A stretch of DNA of 64,000 bases from the NCBI RefSeq assembly GCF_001194135.2, contig NC_068993.1:17188073-17252072 (forward strand). Reading direction: 5' to 3'. The position numbers and the translations under genes were made by a program. Source of the stretch: Octopus bimaculoides. Its lineage: Eukaryota. Numbering within the stretch: the first letter of the stretch is position 1; each line of letters begins with the position of its first letter. Below, piece after piece: positions 11,866-23,160 of this stretch. The notes under the pieces are model-generated. The model saw nothing but the letters and a program-made list of their open reading frames with translations. It was not told where the DNA came from and did not search any database.

Positions 11866-12572
11866 CTCCCCTATAATATTTAACTACGGGCGTTCACCAT
11901 ATGTTTGAGACACTGATCATGTTATTTCAATACTGCTGTTGACTTCCATCAGTTCAGCAGAAATATTAATTACATCATCCTCATCAGTTTCAAATAGTTT
12001 GTGATAGCCATGGACACAGCTGCTTCCACCATACTAACAGCAATAAAATAAATATAAAAAAAAAAAAGAAACAAAAAACTGCAACATTTAGAAAAACTTT
12101 GAAGGGAGAAAAACTTTGCAGCTGCTCAACTTGCTAGAAATAATACTCAAATCTCCTTCAAATTATTTCCCATCATATTATAAAAGGAAGGACAAACTGA
12201 TAACCATACTGAAAACAGGATATGATGGTCATGGTTGGAATTCCTTTGAACATAAGATTCTGCTCAGTCAGAGACAATCTTGGACTAAATAATATTACCT
12301 ATGTAATAATAGTGGTTCTTATTTTTTCTTTTCTTTTCTGACAATACAAAGACCCCACCACCTTTTCTGTTATAAAAATGTGACACTCCTGTCTTATAGT
12401 AAACTCATTAGCAACTTGATAACGTGAAAGTGAAAAGGAGAGATTGAAATGACATGACAATCAGAGCTCACTGACACTTTCCTCTCTACTCTGAAAAATC
12501 ATCATATTGTCAATGTCATCTTGGTTTACTAATGGCTTCTCTGTTACTCTGTGACATCATCTTCGATCATTC

Positions 12573-12886
12573 TTTTACTCTTTTACTTGTTTCAGTCATT
12601 TGGCTGTGGCCATGGTGGAGCACTGCCTTTAGTCGAGCAAATTGACCCCAGGACTTATTCTTTGTAAGCCTAGTACTTATTCTATCAGTCTCTTAATGCT
12701 GAACCACTAAGTTACGGGGACGTAAACACACCAGCATCGGTTGTCAAGCAATGTTGGGGGGACAAACACAGACGCACAAACATATACACACACATACATA
12801 TATACAACAGGCTTCTTTCAGTTTCCGTCTACCAAATCCACTCACAAGGCTTTGGTCGGCCCGAGGATATAATAGAAGACACTTGT
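12573..12886 (-). mobile_element. SINE family A (5' end lost in gap)
   Basis: Sequence identity to 9955-10290. Confidence 0.88.
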
Positions 12887-13372
12887 NNNNNNNNNNNNNN
12901 NNNNNNNNNNNNNNNNNNNNNNNNNNNNNNNNNNNNNNNNNNNNNNNNNNNNNNNNNNNNNNNNNNNNNNNNNNNNNNNNNNNNNNNNNNNNNNNNNNNN
13001 NNNNNNNNNNNNNNNNNNNNNNNNNNNNNNNNNNNNNNNNNNNNNNNNNNNNNNNNNNNNNNNNNNNNNNNNNNNNNNNNNNNNNNNNNNNNNNNNNNNN
13101 NNNNNNNNNNNNNNNNNNNNNNNNNNNNNNNNNNNNNNNNNNNNNNNNNNNNNNNNNNNNNNNNNNNNNNNNNNNNNNNNNNNNNNNNNNNNNNNNNNNN
13201 NNNNNNNNNNNNNNNNNNNNNNNNNNNNNNNNNNNNNNNNNNNNNNNNNNNNNNNNNNNNNNNNNNNNNNNNNNNNNNNNNNNNNNNNNNNNNNNNNNNN
13301 NNNNNNNNNNNNNNNNNNNNNNNNNNNNNNNNNNNNNNNNNNNNNNNACCGGAGTAAGCACATAAAATGTGC

Positions 13373-13428
13373 TAACAAAACTGTCCGATGAACGGGAACG
13401 TGAAACTCAGAGTAACAGTCTTTTGTTA
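13373..13428 (+). ncRNA. Minimal type I hammerhead ribozyme motif (U4C variant) in a Penelope-like terminal fragment
   Basis: ACTGT-CCGATGA-ACG ggaa CGT-GAAAC-tcaga-GTA-ACAGT: stem I 5 bp (extendable by 7 bp across a 2-nt bulge), stem II 3 bp, stem III 3 bp, GUA site. Confidence 0.7.
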
Positions 13429-13452
13429 TATTTCTGCTGCTTTTAAATAAAG

Positions 13453-13485
<33 letters not shown>

Positions 13486-14649
13486 GTGTGTGTGTGTGTG
13501 TGTGGTTGTAAAATTTTTTTCATAACATAATAGGTTAGATAGGATGATGTCTACATTACAATATTACAATAACCATCATGGTGTGTATGTATAGTAATAT
13601 TATGATCATGAAATTAGCATTAGCTTATCTCACCCTTTCTCATGGAACCCTTTTGCGGAACCCTAGGGGTTCTGGGGAACCCTGGTTGAGAAACTCTGCC
13701 CTGGAGGATGGCAAGGGAACTGCACCTGAACAACCACTCTGACTCATGGAGCTCACATTTGCAGATAGCCATCTCCACCCCACTAGCAGTGAGCAAAAAT
13801 GTGGTCCAAAGGACAAGAACGCTGAAGGTAATCACTGTTTAAGTTCAAAAAGATGAATACTAGTTGAGCACTGGAGTCGATGTAATCAACTTAGCTACTA
13901 CCTGGGTAGGCATACAAGAAAACTGCATCCCTTTGCCAAACTGTCAAGCCAGTGTGGCCGAGTAGGCTCATGAAACTAGTATGGTCTCAAGCGCAAATTC
14001 ACAGCCTCCACATCAGACTGTGGTTGGTGAAGAGAACATCCTGAAGCCTTCAACCTGCAATCCACATATATACACACACACACACACATATGTATACACA
14101 TGGACACATACACGCATTTATATACACCCCTTAGTACGTATATACACACGGTAGTTGTGTGGTGATTGATATTAAAGCAGTACTATATGTATAGAAAAAT
14201 GATGCTTATATTAATTAGTAAGATACTAAATGATTGACAATTAATAAAGGTAATGGGTTGTCTATTAATCTACAGAGATAAGGAGCAAGAAGAAGGGGTT
14301 GAATGAGTAAAAATTACTTGTAAAAACTAAGTTAATATTATTACCTAAGTTTACTTAGGTAATCACGTTCTATATCTGTTGGTGCAAGGGTTTTTTCCAA
14401 GAGATGAAATAAAATGTTATATTGTTCAGTAATTTATACGTCATAGAGCAGAGAGAGGAGAATATTTAAATGTTTTGGATTCATCTTTAATTCCAATTAC
14501 GAAACTGATACCCGTAATGATATAGATATTAATATTGACAGCAACGATAAATACAATGATCATTCTCATCATAAAACTATTGACGATAACAAACAATCAA
14601 ACATTTCTTGACATTATAGGGGAAGTAACCGACAGTTTAAACCCTTTTT

Positions 14650-14880
14650 CAATAATAATAATAATAAATTGAAGTTCTTTAGAAATAATAATAACACACA
14701 TTCTAAACCCGAGTCTGATAAAAGTATCTGGCTGATAATTCCATTTGGAAAACATTTAAAATCAAATCTGGTTTCCCAGTTCGGAAATGCTGTTAATAAG
14801 AATTTTCCAAGACATTCTCACTATTTCCCAGTCATAAACACGCACAAGGTTAGATTCGGAGTAGCATCTATTTGACATGG
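14650..14880 (+). pseudogene. Penelope-like element ORF remnant (post-RT region)
   Basis: KSIWLIIPFGKHLKSNLVSQFGNAVNKNFPRHSHYFPVINTHKV keeps the spacing of the PLE motif IWFNPPF.K.VKTNIG..FL.LI..HFP..H.Y.KIFN (motif recalled from memory). Confidence 0.5.
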
Positions 14881-14984
14881 ATTTGCTGTAACGTAGGTTA
14901 TCTCCCTTATGTTTATGTAAAATGTCGTGCTGAATTCCCCAAAATAAAAAGCCAAAATTGACCCCTATTGAAGGAAAAAATGAA

Positions 14985-15500
14985 AAAATAAATAGCCGAT
15001 TCCAGGTATTTTCGACCATAAGGAATCTATTGTTGCGAGTCCCAGATTGCTATCTTGTAAGGTGTGGATTTCTATAGATGCAACACACACACACAAACTC
15101 ACCTATACAATATGTACTGATATTGATACGGATAATTGGAAAACGAAGTTTCGTAACATTGTTTACAAAATAATAGGGGAGCAGTAAAAAGAGGAAATTT
15201 TATAAAAATCTGTTATCTCTGTCGCTCTCACTCTCTCTCTCTCTCTTTGCAACGTCGCTAGAAGGGGACTTAACTCATGTTTGCAAATAATGGCGACTTT
15301 AAAATTGTTAGAATTTATGGTTTAAAATTATTTTTAATGCAAAAATTCACGTGTTAGGAAGCAACCAAAACAAAAAAACAAATGGCCGATTTCGGGAATT
15401 TTCGACCATGAGAAATCCATTGGTGCGACTCCCAAATTGCTATCTTGTAAGGTGTGGTTTTCTATAGATGTAACACACACACACACACACTCACCTATAC
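14985..15500. repeat. Pair of ~125-bp direct repeats (14985-15110, 15372-15500)
   Basis: Both contain GCCGATT...TTTTCGACCAT...ATTGCTATCTTGTAAGGTGTGG.TTTCTATAGATG.AACACACAC...CTCACCTATAC; roughly 85% identical by eye. Confidence 0.85.
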
Positions 15501-15824
15501 TATACTATACTATATATATATATAAATATTAGTTATAGAATAAAAACACTGGGTTAACGACTCAACATATCACACACCCCTCAATAAACATATATAAGAA
15601 ATACAACATAATCCATCAAAACATAAGGAATAAGAAGATACAACGCAAGAAGAAATAATAAATAAAAAATATAGCATATATAGTATAAAATTTTATACAC
15701 GAATATACTTACTGAAATTGCAAATTATTTAAAATATAAAAATATAATTTTCAACGGAGAGAATACAAATGAAGTTTGAAGTTAAGTTTAAAAATAAATG
15801 TGATACTTACGCTCCGTAGATATT

Positions 15825-16523
15825 TTATACTCTGTAATGTTTCAAACGCATGGATATAAGGTGTCGAATTTGTTCCAATAACTTACCGAAGATTTCGGCC
15901 TTAAATTCATAACACCACATGAATTCAATGAGATGTGATTGAAGTAAATTTCGGGCTGTTCCATTTTCTCTTTTGTTGCGATTCTTTACATGCTTCCATA
16001 AGCATTCTATGTGGTTGGTTGTGGCAAATGTTACCGGATCAACAAAATTTATGGAATGATTTACAGTCAAATGTCTACATCCTAGCTGATTGAGCGTATT
16101 ATATGAACGCCAGAGGTCAGAAATTATAGTCGTACCAGGCAATATACGCTCTTGTATAATTTCTAAAAGAGTGTCTGCCACCAAAACACATCTTGTATCC
16201 CTTTCCAAAGCACCAAACACCCATTGCGTTTTAACCCGATGGCCAACATTGTATTTTCTTCTGACAAATGCACTTTCATGTATCTCCACAATTCGGTTTG
16301 GCCCTCCGAGCTTAATGTTTTGTGCAACATAATATTCTCCACATATATCACGGCAAACATTTCGGTACTACTAAAGAAGAGTGGTCCGCGACCGCGCTAG
16401 CTAGTCGTGAGTAGTCGATCCTACAAGTGCGAATGCGCGTTTGCAAATGAAAACATTTACGCGTGCGCGCAAGCGCGCTCTTTTTACGGCTGAAATGACT
16501 GAATATATATAAAAAATACCGGC
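15825..16523 (-). mobile_element. Merlin (IS1016/ISXO2-like) DNA transposon, internally deleted, inactive
   Basis: CRDIC...KLGGPNRIVEIHES...RKYNVGHRVKTQWVFG...TIISDLWRSY...VNHS.NFVDP...TTNHIECLW is the Merlin DDE core; first Asp is His (VEIDES to VEIHES) and the N-terminal half is missing. Confidence 0.88.
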
Positions 16524-16657
16524 CTAGCTAAAGGCATCTGGAAAATGTAAAACTGGTGTCAGAGAAAAACCATTGTTCCAACGTGGGAAAAGTCCTGTTG
16601 TAGTGTTAATTCAAATTTGGCTATGGTGGATCGAATCTTCTTCATGCATGCAAGATC

Positions 16658-16701
<44 letters not shown>

Positions 16702-16778
16702 GAAGTGTAATGATGCTTAACAAGCATCTACCTGCTAGAAATAAGAGCTAACTTCAAATCTCAGTGTTTGAATGTTTC

Positions 16779-16826
<48 letters not shown>

Positions 16827-17244
16827 ATCCATCAACATTTGTGTCTTAAACACAGCCTTAGTTTGACCTTGTGAGTGAAATCTGGTAAATGGAAACAGCA
16901 CAGAGTGCTGTCGTGCACATTGCATGTATGTGTATCTCAGCAAAAATATAGAGAAAATTGCTGATAGGTGTCTCAAAGAAAGATACCTTACAATATTTAT
17001 GACTCCCTCGAGTTGGTGACACTCACCTTTCATTGTTCCCTGCAATTGATTGGAAACCAACAATGCTTCACAAATGCCTATTATAAAAATATAGACATAA
17101 GTACCATTGATGATGCCTTCGTTAATTATATTTCAGACTTTTGGTACCGAGATGATTACTCACAAAATGCATGTTAAGAAACAAAATAACTGCAACAGTG
17201 ACTTTTTAGTCAAGCAGAGTTAAGGCCCTTGCCTTGAGATATTT

Positions 17245-17626
17245 TACTCTTTTACTTGTTTCAGTCATTTGACTGCGGCCATGCTGGAGCACCGTCTTTA
17301 GTCGAGCAAATCAACCCCAGGACTTATTCTTTGGATGCCTAGTACTTATTCTATCGGTATCTTTTGCCGAACCGCTAAGTTACGGGGACCTAAACACACC
17401 ACCATCGGTTGTCAAGCGATGTTGGGGGGACAAACACAAACATATACATATATATATATACATATATACGACAGGCTTCTTTCAGTTTCCGTCTACCAAA
17501 TCCACTCACAAGGCTTTGGTCGGCCCGAGACTAAAGTAGAAGACACTTACCCAAGGTGCCACGCAATGGGAATGAAACCGGAACCATGTGGTTGGTAACA
17601 AGCTACTTACTACACAGCCACTCCTG
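17245..17626 (-). mobile_element. Full-length SINE family A
   Basis: Identity to 9955-10383. Confidence 0.9.
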
Positions 17627-18025
17627 TTGTTTTTTTGTAATGGTCTGAAGGCAATTGTAAAGGAATATAACGAGAAGTTCAGTATTTCATTGAATAACTA
17701 ATTAGAGTTGTGTAAAAAGTAATTATTGCATATAAAACCGATGCGCTCGTGTTTGTACTAACAGAACATGGGCTGGTTACCAAAAAAAAAAAAAAAAAAA
17801 AAATTAAGGTGGGCTCCATTGTCAGTTGCTTAACTGTTCAAAACCACAACCAAATTTGCCTCATATTACAACCCTGTGATTTAGAAAAGAAAGAAAGCAT
17901 ACAACAGGGAGTGTAGTCCTAGATAATATTATACTTCAGATTGATAAAAAATGTGATAGCCACATCACAGGTCTGGTCGATCAAAGGCTGACCTGAGGTT
18001 AAACATTAAACAACTAACTGAAGAG

Positions 18026-19386
18026 TGGAGGGGAGACCAAAAGTTCTTGACAGAGGTTATTAGATGTCCTTAAGTGCTGTATCATGTTTCTGGTCAAGTC
18101 CACCTTGGACAATATTATTGCTGTGAATGACTAAGTGTATCTCATAGCACGTGGCTACTAGGTAGCTGAAACAATTTTTTCTGGTAAGTACAGTCTTTTT
18201 GGAGTATTCTTGCTCATTTTCATGATTCTGATATTTTAATTTTTTTTGTTGCAAATTTTTGAAAAAACAAGTGTCAAGGTTACAAGGAAAATGGAGAAAA
18301 CTGAGTATCGTGCTGTCATAAAGTACCTTCATTTGAAAATCCATGAAGATATGGTGAGAACCTTAACAGACAATGCTCCTTCATATGCAACAATCAAACG
18401 CTGGGTAAATAAATTCCAGCGTGGCAGGAAGAGTGTGGAAGATGATCCCACACCAAGGAGACCTCCAACTGCAACCACCGAGGACAACACTGACCTTGCT
18501 CTTGGTATGATAATGCAAGATCGTCGAATATCATGTCGTCAGATAGCCGAGAGACTGGGCATCTCAACTGAAAGAGCAGACAACATTGTGACAAAAGAAC
18601 TTGTGTTCTCGAAGGTTTCTGCAAGGTGGGTCCCTCGCCTTTTGACTCCTGAACAGAAATGCACCAGGTGCACTTTGTCCACGAGCAATCTGGAACTGTT
18701 TGAAGCTGATGAAGAGAATTTTCTTGCTCGTTTCATTACTATGGATGAAAGTTGGGTTCATCACTACCAGCCTGAAACCAAAGAACAAGCAAAGCAGTGG
18801 AAGCACACATCTTCTCCTAGCCCAAAGAAGACCAGGTTCATTCCTTCAGCTGGCAAGGTCATGGTGTCAATTTGTTTGGATTCTCAAGGTGTCTTGCTGA
18901 TCGATTACCTTGAAAAGGGTCGCACCGTGACAGGGATGTATTATTCTCAGCTACTGAAATGCCTCCAAGAAGCAATCAAAGAAAAATGGCCGGGAATGCT
19001 CACCAGAGGTGTCCTTTTTCATCACGACAATCCTCCAGCCCACACCTCAGTGGTTGCCATGGCAACAATTCGTGATTGTGGATACAAACTTGTTCCCCAT
19101 CCACCTTATTCACCAGACTTAGCTCCCTCTGACTTTCATCTATTCCCAAAAATGAAAAAAGCCCTGGCTGGTCACCATTTTGCCAGTGACAATGATGTCA
19201 TAGATACTGTAGGAAGTTTCTTGGAGTCTCAAACAAAAGAGTTCCTCCACGCCAGGATAATGGTGCTTCAGCACCGCTGGAGAAAGTGTTCAGCCATCGA
19301 GGGGGACTATGTTCAAAGATAAATCATCAGAAGTCTTGTACTACGTTTTGTTTTTTTGAGGCTCAAGACTTCATACACCCCTCGTA
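18026..19386 (+). mobile_element. mariner (DD34D) transposon, ~1.36 kb
   Basis: Right end ...CACCCCTCG|TA (reverse complement TACGAGGGG, typical mariner TIR start); degenerate left TIR TGGAGGGGAGACC at ~18026; encloses the transposase ORF. Confidence 0.85.
18291..19322 (+). CDS. mariner transposase, 343 aa, uninterrupted ORF
   Basis: MEKTEYRAVIKYL start, WVPRLL, TMDESW, HHDNPPAH, YSPDLAPSD; exactly 34 residues between the 2nd and 3rd Asp. Apparently lacks ~6 aa after YLHLK in the first HTH. Confidence 0.93.
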   Translation: MEKTEYRAVIKYLHLKIHEDMVRTLTDNAPSYATIKRWVNKFQRGRKSVEDDPTPRRPPTATTEDNTDLALGMIMQDRRISCRQIAERLGISTERADNIVTKELVFSKVSARWVPRLLTPEQKCTRCTLSTSNLELFEADEENFLARFITMDESWVHHYQPETKEQAKQWKHTSSPSPKKTRFIPSAGKVMVSICLDSQGVLLIDYLEKGRTVTGMYYSQLLKCLQEAIKEKWPGMLTRGVLFHHDNPPAHTSVVAMATIRDCGYKLVPHPPYSPDLAPSDFHLFPKMKKALAGHHFASDNDVIDTVGSFLESQTKEFLHARIMVLQHRWRKCSAIEGDYVQR

Positions 19387-19914
19387 ATTACATATCTATG
19401 AAATGACATTGTAGGATGAGAGGCCAGTTCTAGCCAGCTTGAACATAAAACAGGTAAAATATCTGGGCTGGTTTAAATGCTTAGAATTCACATAAAATGA
19501 TTTATTTGTAAAAATCATTTCCATCTTGTACTGGAGATCAAGAACATTATTCATGTACATATTGTAGGTACAGGAGTGGCTGTGTGGTTAAGAAGTTTGC
19601 TTCCCTACCTTGTAGTTTCATGTTCAGTCCCACAGTATGGCACCATATGCAAGTGTTTTTTACTATAGCTTCAGACCTTGTAACTAGATTTGGTAGACGG
19701 AAATCGAAAGAAGCCAGTTTTATGCGTACATGTGAGTTTATGCATAATTTTATCTTGATGTCATGTGATGATTGCAAATGTGCACCATCCTCATACACGT
19801 GAGGTTGTTTGTTTCCAGTCTTCCATGAAAAACCTGTCTGGCCAAGGGAAAATATCTTGTTTGGAAACAGGTGAGGGTTGGCAAGAGGAAGGACATCCAG
19901 TTGTAGAAACACTA

Positions 19915-20130
19915 TTCTTTTACTCTTTTACTTGTTTCAGTCTTTTGACTGTAGCCATGCTGGAGCACCGCCTTTAGTCGAGCAAATCGACCCCAGGACT
20001 TATTCTTTAGAAACCTAGTACTTATTCTATCGGTCTCTTTTGCCGAACCGCTAAGTTACGGGGGACATAAACACACCAGCATCGGTTGTCAAGCGATGTT
20101 GGGGGGACAAACACAGACACACAAACACAT

Positions 20131-20163
<33 letters not shown>

Positions 20164-20328
20164 CGATGGGCTTCTTTTCAGTTTCCGTCTACCAAATCCA
20201 CTCACAAGGCTTTGGTCGGCCCGAGGCTATAGTAGAAGACACTTGCCCAAGATGCCACGCAGTGGGACTGAACCCGGAACCATGTGGTTGGTAAGCAAGC
20301 TACTTACCACACAGCCACTCCTACGCCT
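19915..20328 (-). mobile_element. Full-length SINE family A (young copy)
   Basis: Most CpGs intact; head-to-tail match to the family. Confidence 0.92.
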
Positions 20329-22149
20329 GTGTCAACAAATTCCATCTGACTAAAGCAAGCATGGAAAAGTGGATGTTAAATGATGATGATTCATTAACCA
20401 ACATTAAAAAGAAATTAATTGCATTCTCTCTTCTCTCCATAACTGAGGCATTTTTCATTAGTGATGAAAATAAAGCAAAGATTAATTGAACAGAACCAAC
20501 TTTGGGAAGAAAAAAAAAAAAAAAGAAAGCAATTTGGCTTTTGAAATAAGAGCCTGTCAAAATTCTATTAATAAGGGAAATTCATTTGAAGAATTTGACT
20601 TAAATAAATAACTTTTATGACAGGAAGTAAGAAAATACGGGCTTGCTGTAGAAAATAAATGAATTTATGGTACAAATGTAATTTTAAACAAGAAATGAAA
20701 ATTATTCAAATGTGATATGATTTATTTTCTTAGAATACACACATCTACTTACAATGGTTATCTTTTTGTTTTGTTTGCTGTGGTGCTTTTTCTTGCTTTT
20801 TTTTTTTAATACATTTTTTTTGAACTTTTTTTAAAAATAAAATTGATTTTAAAGATCTCATCAATGCATATGTCACTGTATAACATTTTGGTTGTGACCT
20901 TTCAATTTTCTACATAACAAAAACAACTTCTCAACTTTCTCTCTCTCTCTCTCTCTCCCATTCTCACCTTTTTCATTTTAACATTGAAGTACACACTATC
21001 ATTCTTGCTTTACAGTTTTTTTTTGTTCTTTTTTGTTTGTTTTTTTCTTTTGAGGGGTGGGGGAATAACAAAAAAGATGAAAATGCCAACATTATAACAG
21101 CAGATGATATTTTAGAAAATAAATTTACGTGATTTCTCTTTAAGGGGGAGCGGGGGGGGNNNNNNNNNNNNNNNNNNNNNNNNNNNNNNNNNNNNNNNNN
21201 NNNNNNNNNNNNNNNNNNNNNNNNNNNNNNNNNNNNNNNNNNNNNNNNNNNNNNNNNNNACACATATATATACATACACATATATATACATACACATATA
21301 TATACACACGTATATATATATATACATACATATATATATATACATATACAATAGTTCTACTTAACTGCACAAGCTGATTTGGAAAATGATAAACAAGTAG
21401 GGACAATATAAAACAAAACCTATGTCGACTAATTAAATGCTAACAGATTTTGGTTTGATATGACTAGGCCCAAAGTTCCATGAATTTTGAAAATGAGATA
21501 TTGTAATGTCTGTTTTTCTGAAAAGATTAACAACGTAGGTGAATGGAATTAAAACTGGATTGCAATCTTGAATTTTTAAGGAGCACATCTCTCATTCCGT
21601 TGTGATTGACAGGAAAGGAAGGTTTGTACAGCAGAAGCTCTTGCTATGTTCTTTCGGGAACATGTCATCCATCTTTGGTCTCCATTTGGAACCAAGCTGG
21701 CTACATCATGATGAAACACAGATGAGAGTAGTCACAGCATCTCTGACCCTCAGTGAAGATTGACTCCACAGAACACAAAACACTTTAGAAATTCTGCTCA
21801 GCCTCTGTATACTGATACACTGTAAGCAGTCTTCCTCCCTAATCAAAACAGGTTTGGAGAAGAGGGAGGTTAATTTTGTGCAACTCTCCCACACTTAAAT
21901 CCAATTTCTGTGTAAATCAGCAGATGAAGATGTACTGAAAGCTGTGGTCACAAAATGCACAGTTGTCTATCGTCATATGATCATCCTTTACTGATATTGA
22001 ATTAGTGATGGAGTCCAGCAGCCCCTTGGTAACTAAGTAGAGACTTCAGAGACTAAATAAACTGCGTATCTCCACAGTCCAAGGAAGAGTCTAGTAAAAG
22101 TGGCCTACACACCTTTACACTTATGTTTCTTAGCTTACTAGATGTCAAA

Positions 22150-23160
22150 GATACCAAACACATAAATGTAAAAACAAAAAACAACGCTCAGTCACATGGA
22201 ATGTGCTAATGCTCATGGACAGCACCAAAGCAGAAAAACTGAAGAGAATGGTCCTGATTGCTAGGGAGCCAGGTCACAGAAACAAGAGCTTCACTGGTTC
22301 ATGCCACAACCACCAGCAACGCTAACACACTGACAAACCCTGAGGAAGTCAAGGTAACGCTATTAGATGAATTGAACTTCTTTGTCAAGTTTATGTGAAA
22401 TCAAGACAAATTTATTGCTCTTAGTGATTTCAATGCCAGGGTTAGATGTGACTATGAAAACCAGTGAGTGATCAATGACAATACTGAAATCAGAAGATAC
22501 AACAGTTACAGTCTTAAGTAGAGAACATGTGCAGAGTCTCCTACTCACAAATACAATTTTTGCCTGCTTCACTACAAGACATAAAGGATGCAGTCTCACT
22601 TGGAATGGCTACACACATCAAATCCAGATTCAGTGTCTGTATACAGCCTCAGACAAGGAAACCCTTAATCAGGAAGCTGAATGTCTTGATGCAGCTCTGT
22701 CTCTATCAAAGTGACAATCTAGAGACCAAATGCGAAAAGCTTCACCTCACTTCTGCTGGTGTCAAAGACCAACTCTATTAAATGACACTGGAATAACTTG
22801 GTGCCAAATTGTACAAGTGCAAGGTTAAGTACTATAAACCTGAGAAACAGGCCTTCCTAGACCAGAGGCAGTCTTCTCAGAGCTCGTCACAATCCAAGGT
22901 GCTTTTATTACGATATGCAAGATAATCTAAGGAGAATTTCAAATGCAGGACTCAGAGTCAACAAGAGAGTGGATATTCAGTTGTATACAGATAGCGAGAA
23001 TATGAGATGCTTTGCGAGCTATCTACAGCCCATAGCCAGCGTATTTCTGCTGCTGAGTACAGATAGATCAGCAGTGATGATGAACAAGAAGACCTCTGGC
23101 AAAAATTAACTGAGCAGGTCCACTCTCCTGAAATGTCCCTTCACTGACAATGGAGGCAAT
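22150..23160 (+). mobile_element. Degenerate RTE-BovB-like LINE, endonuclease region
   Basis: TWNVLML...PEEVKVTLLDEL...DKFIALSDFNARV (APE motifs TWNV, GDFNARVG) and IQLYTDSENMRCF downstream; many stops. Confidence 0.7.

Noticed and set aside
21600-21700. Hairpin ATGTTC/GAACAT near the presumed 5' end of the BovB-like LINE, a possible HDV-like ribozyme remnant
   Set aside because: Only one helix is present; the nested double pseudoknot cannot be built.
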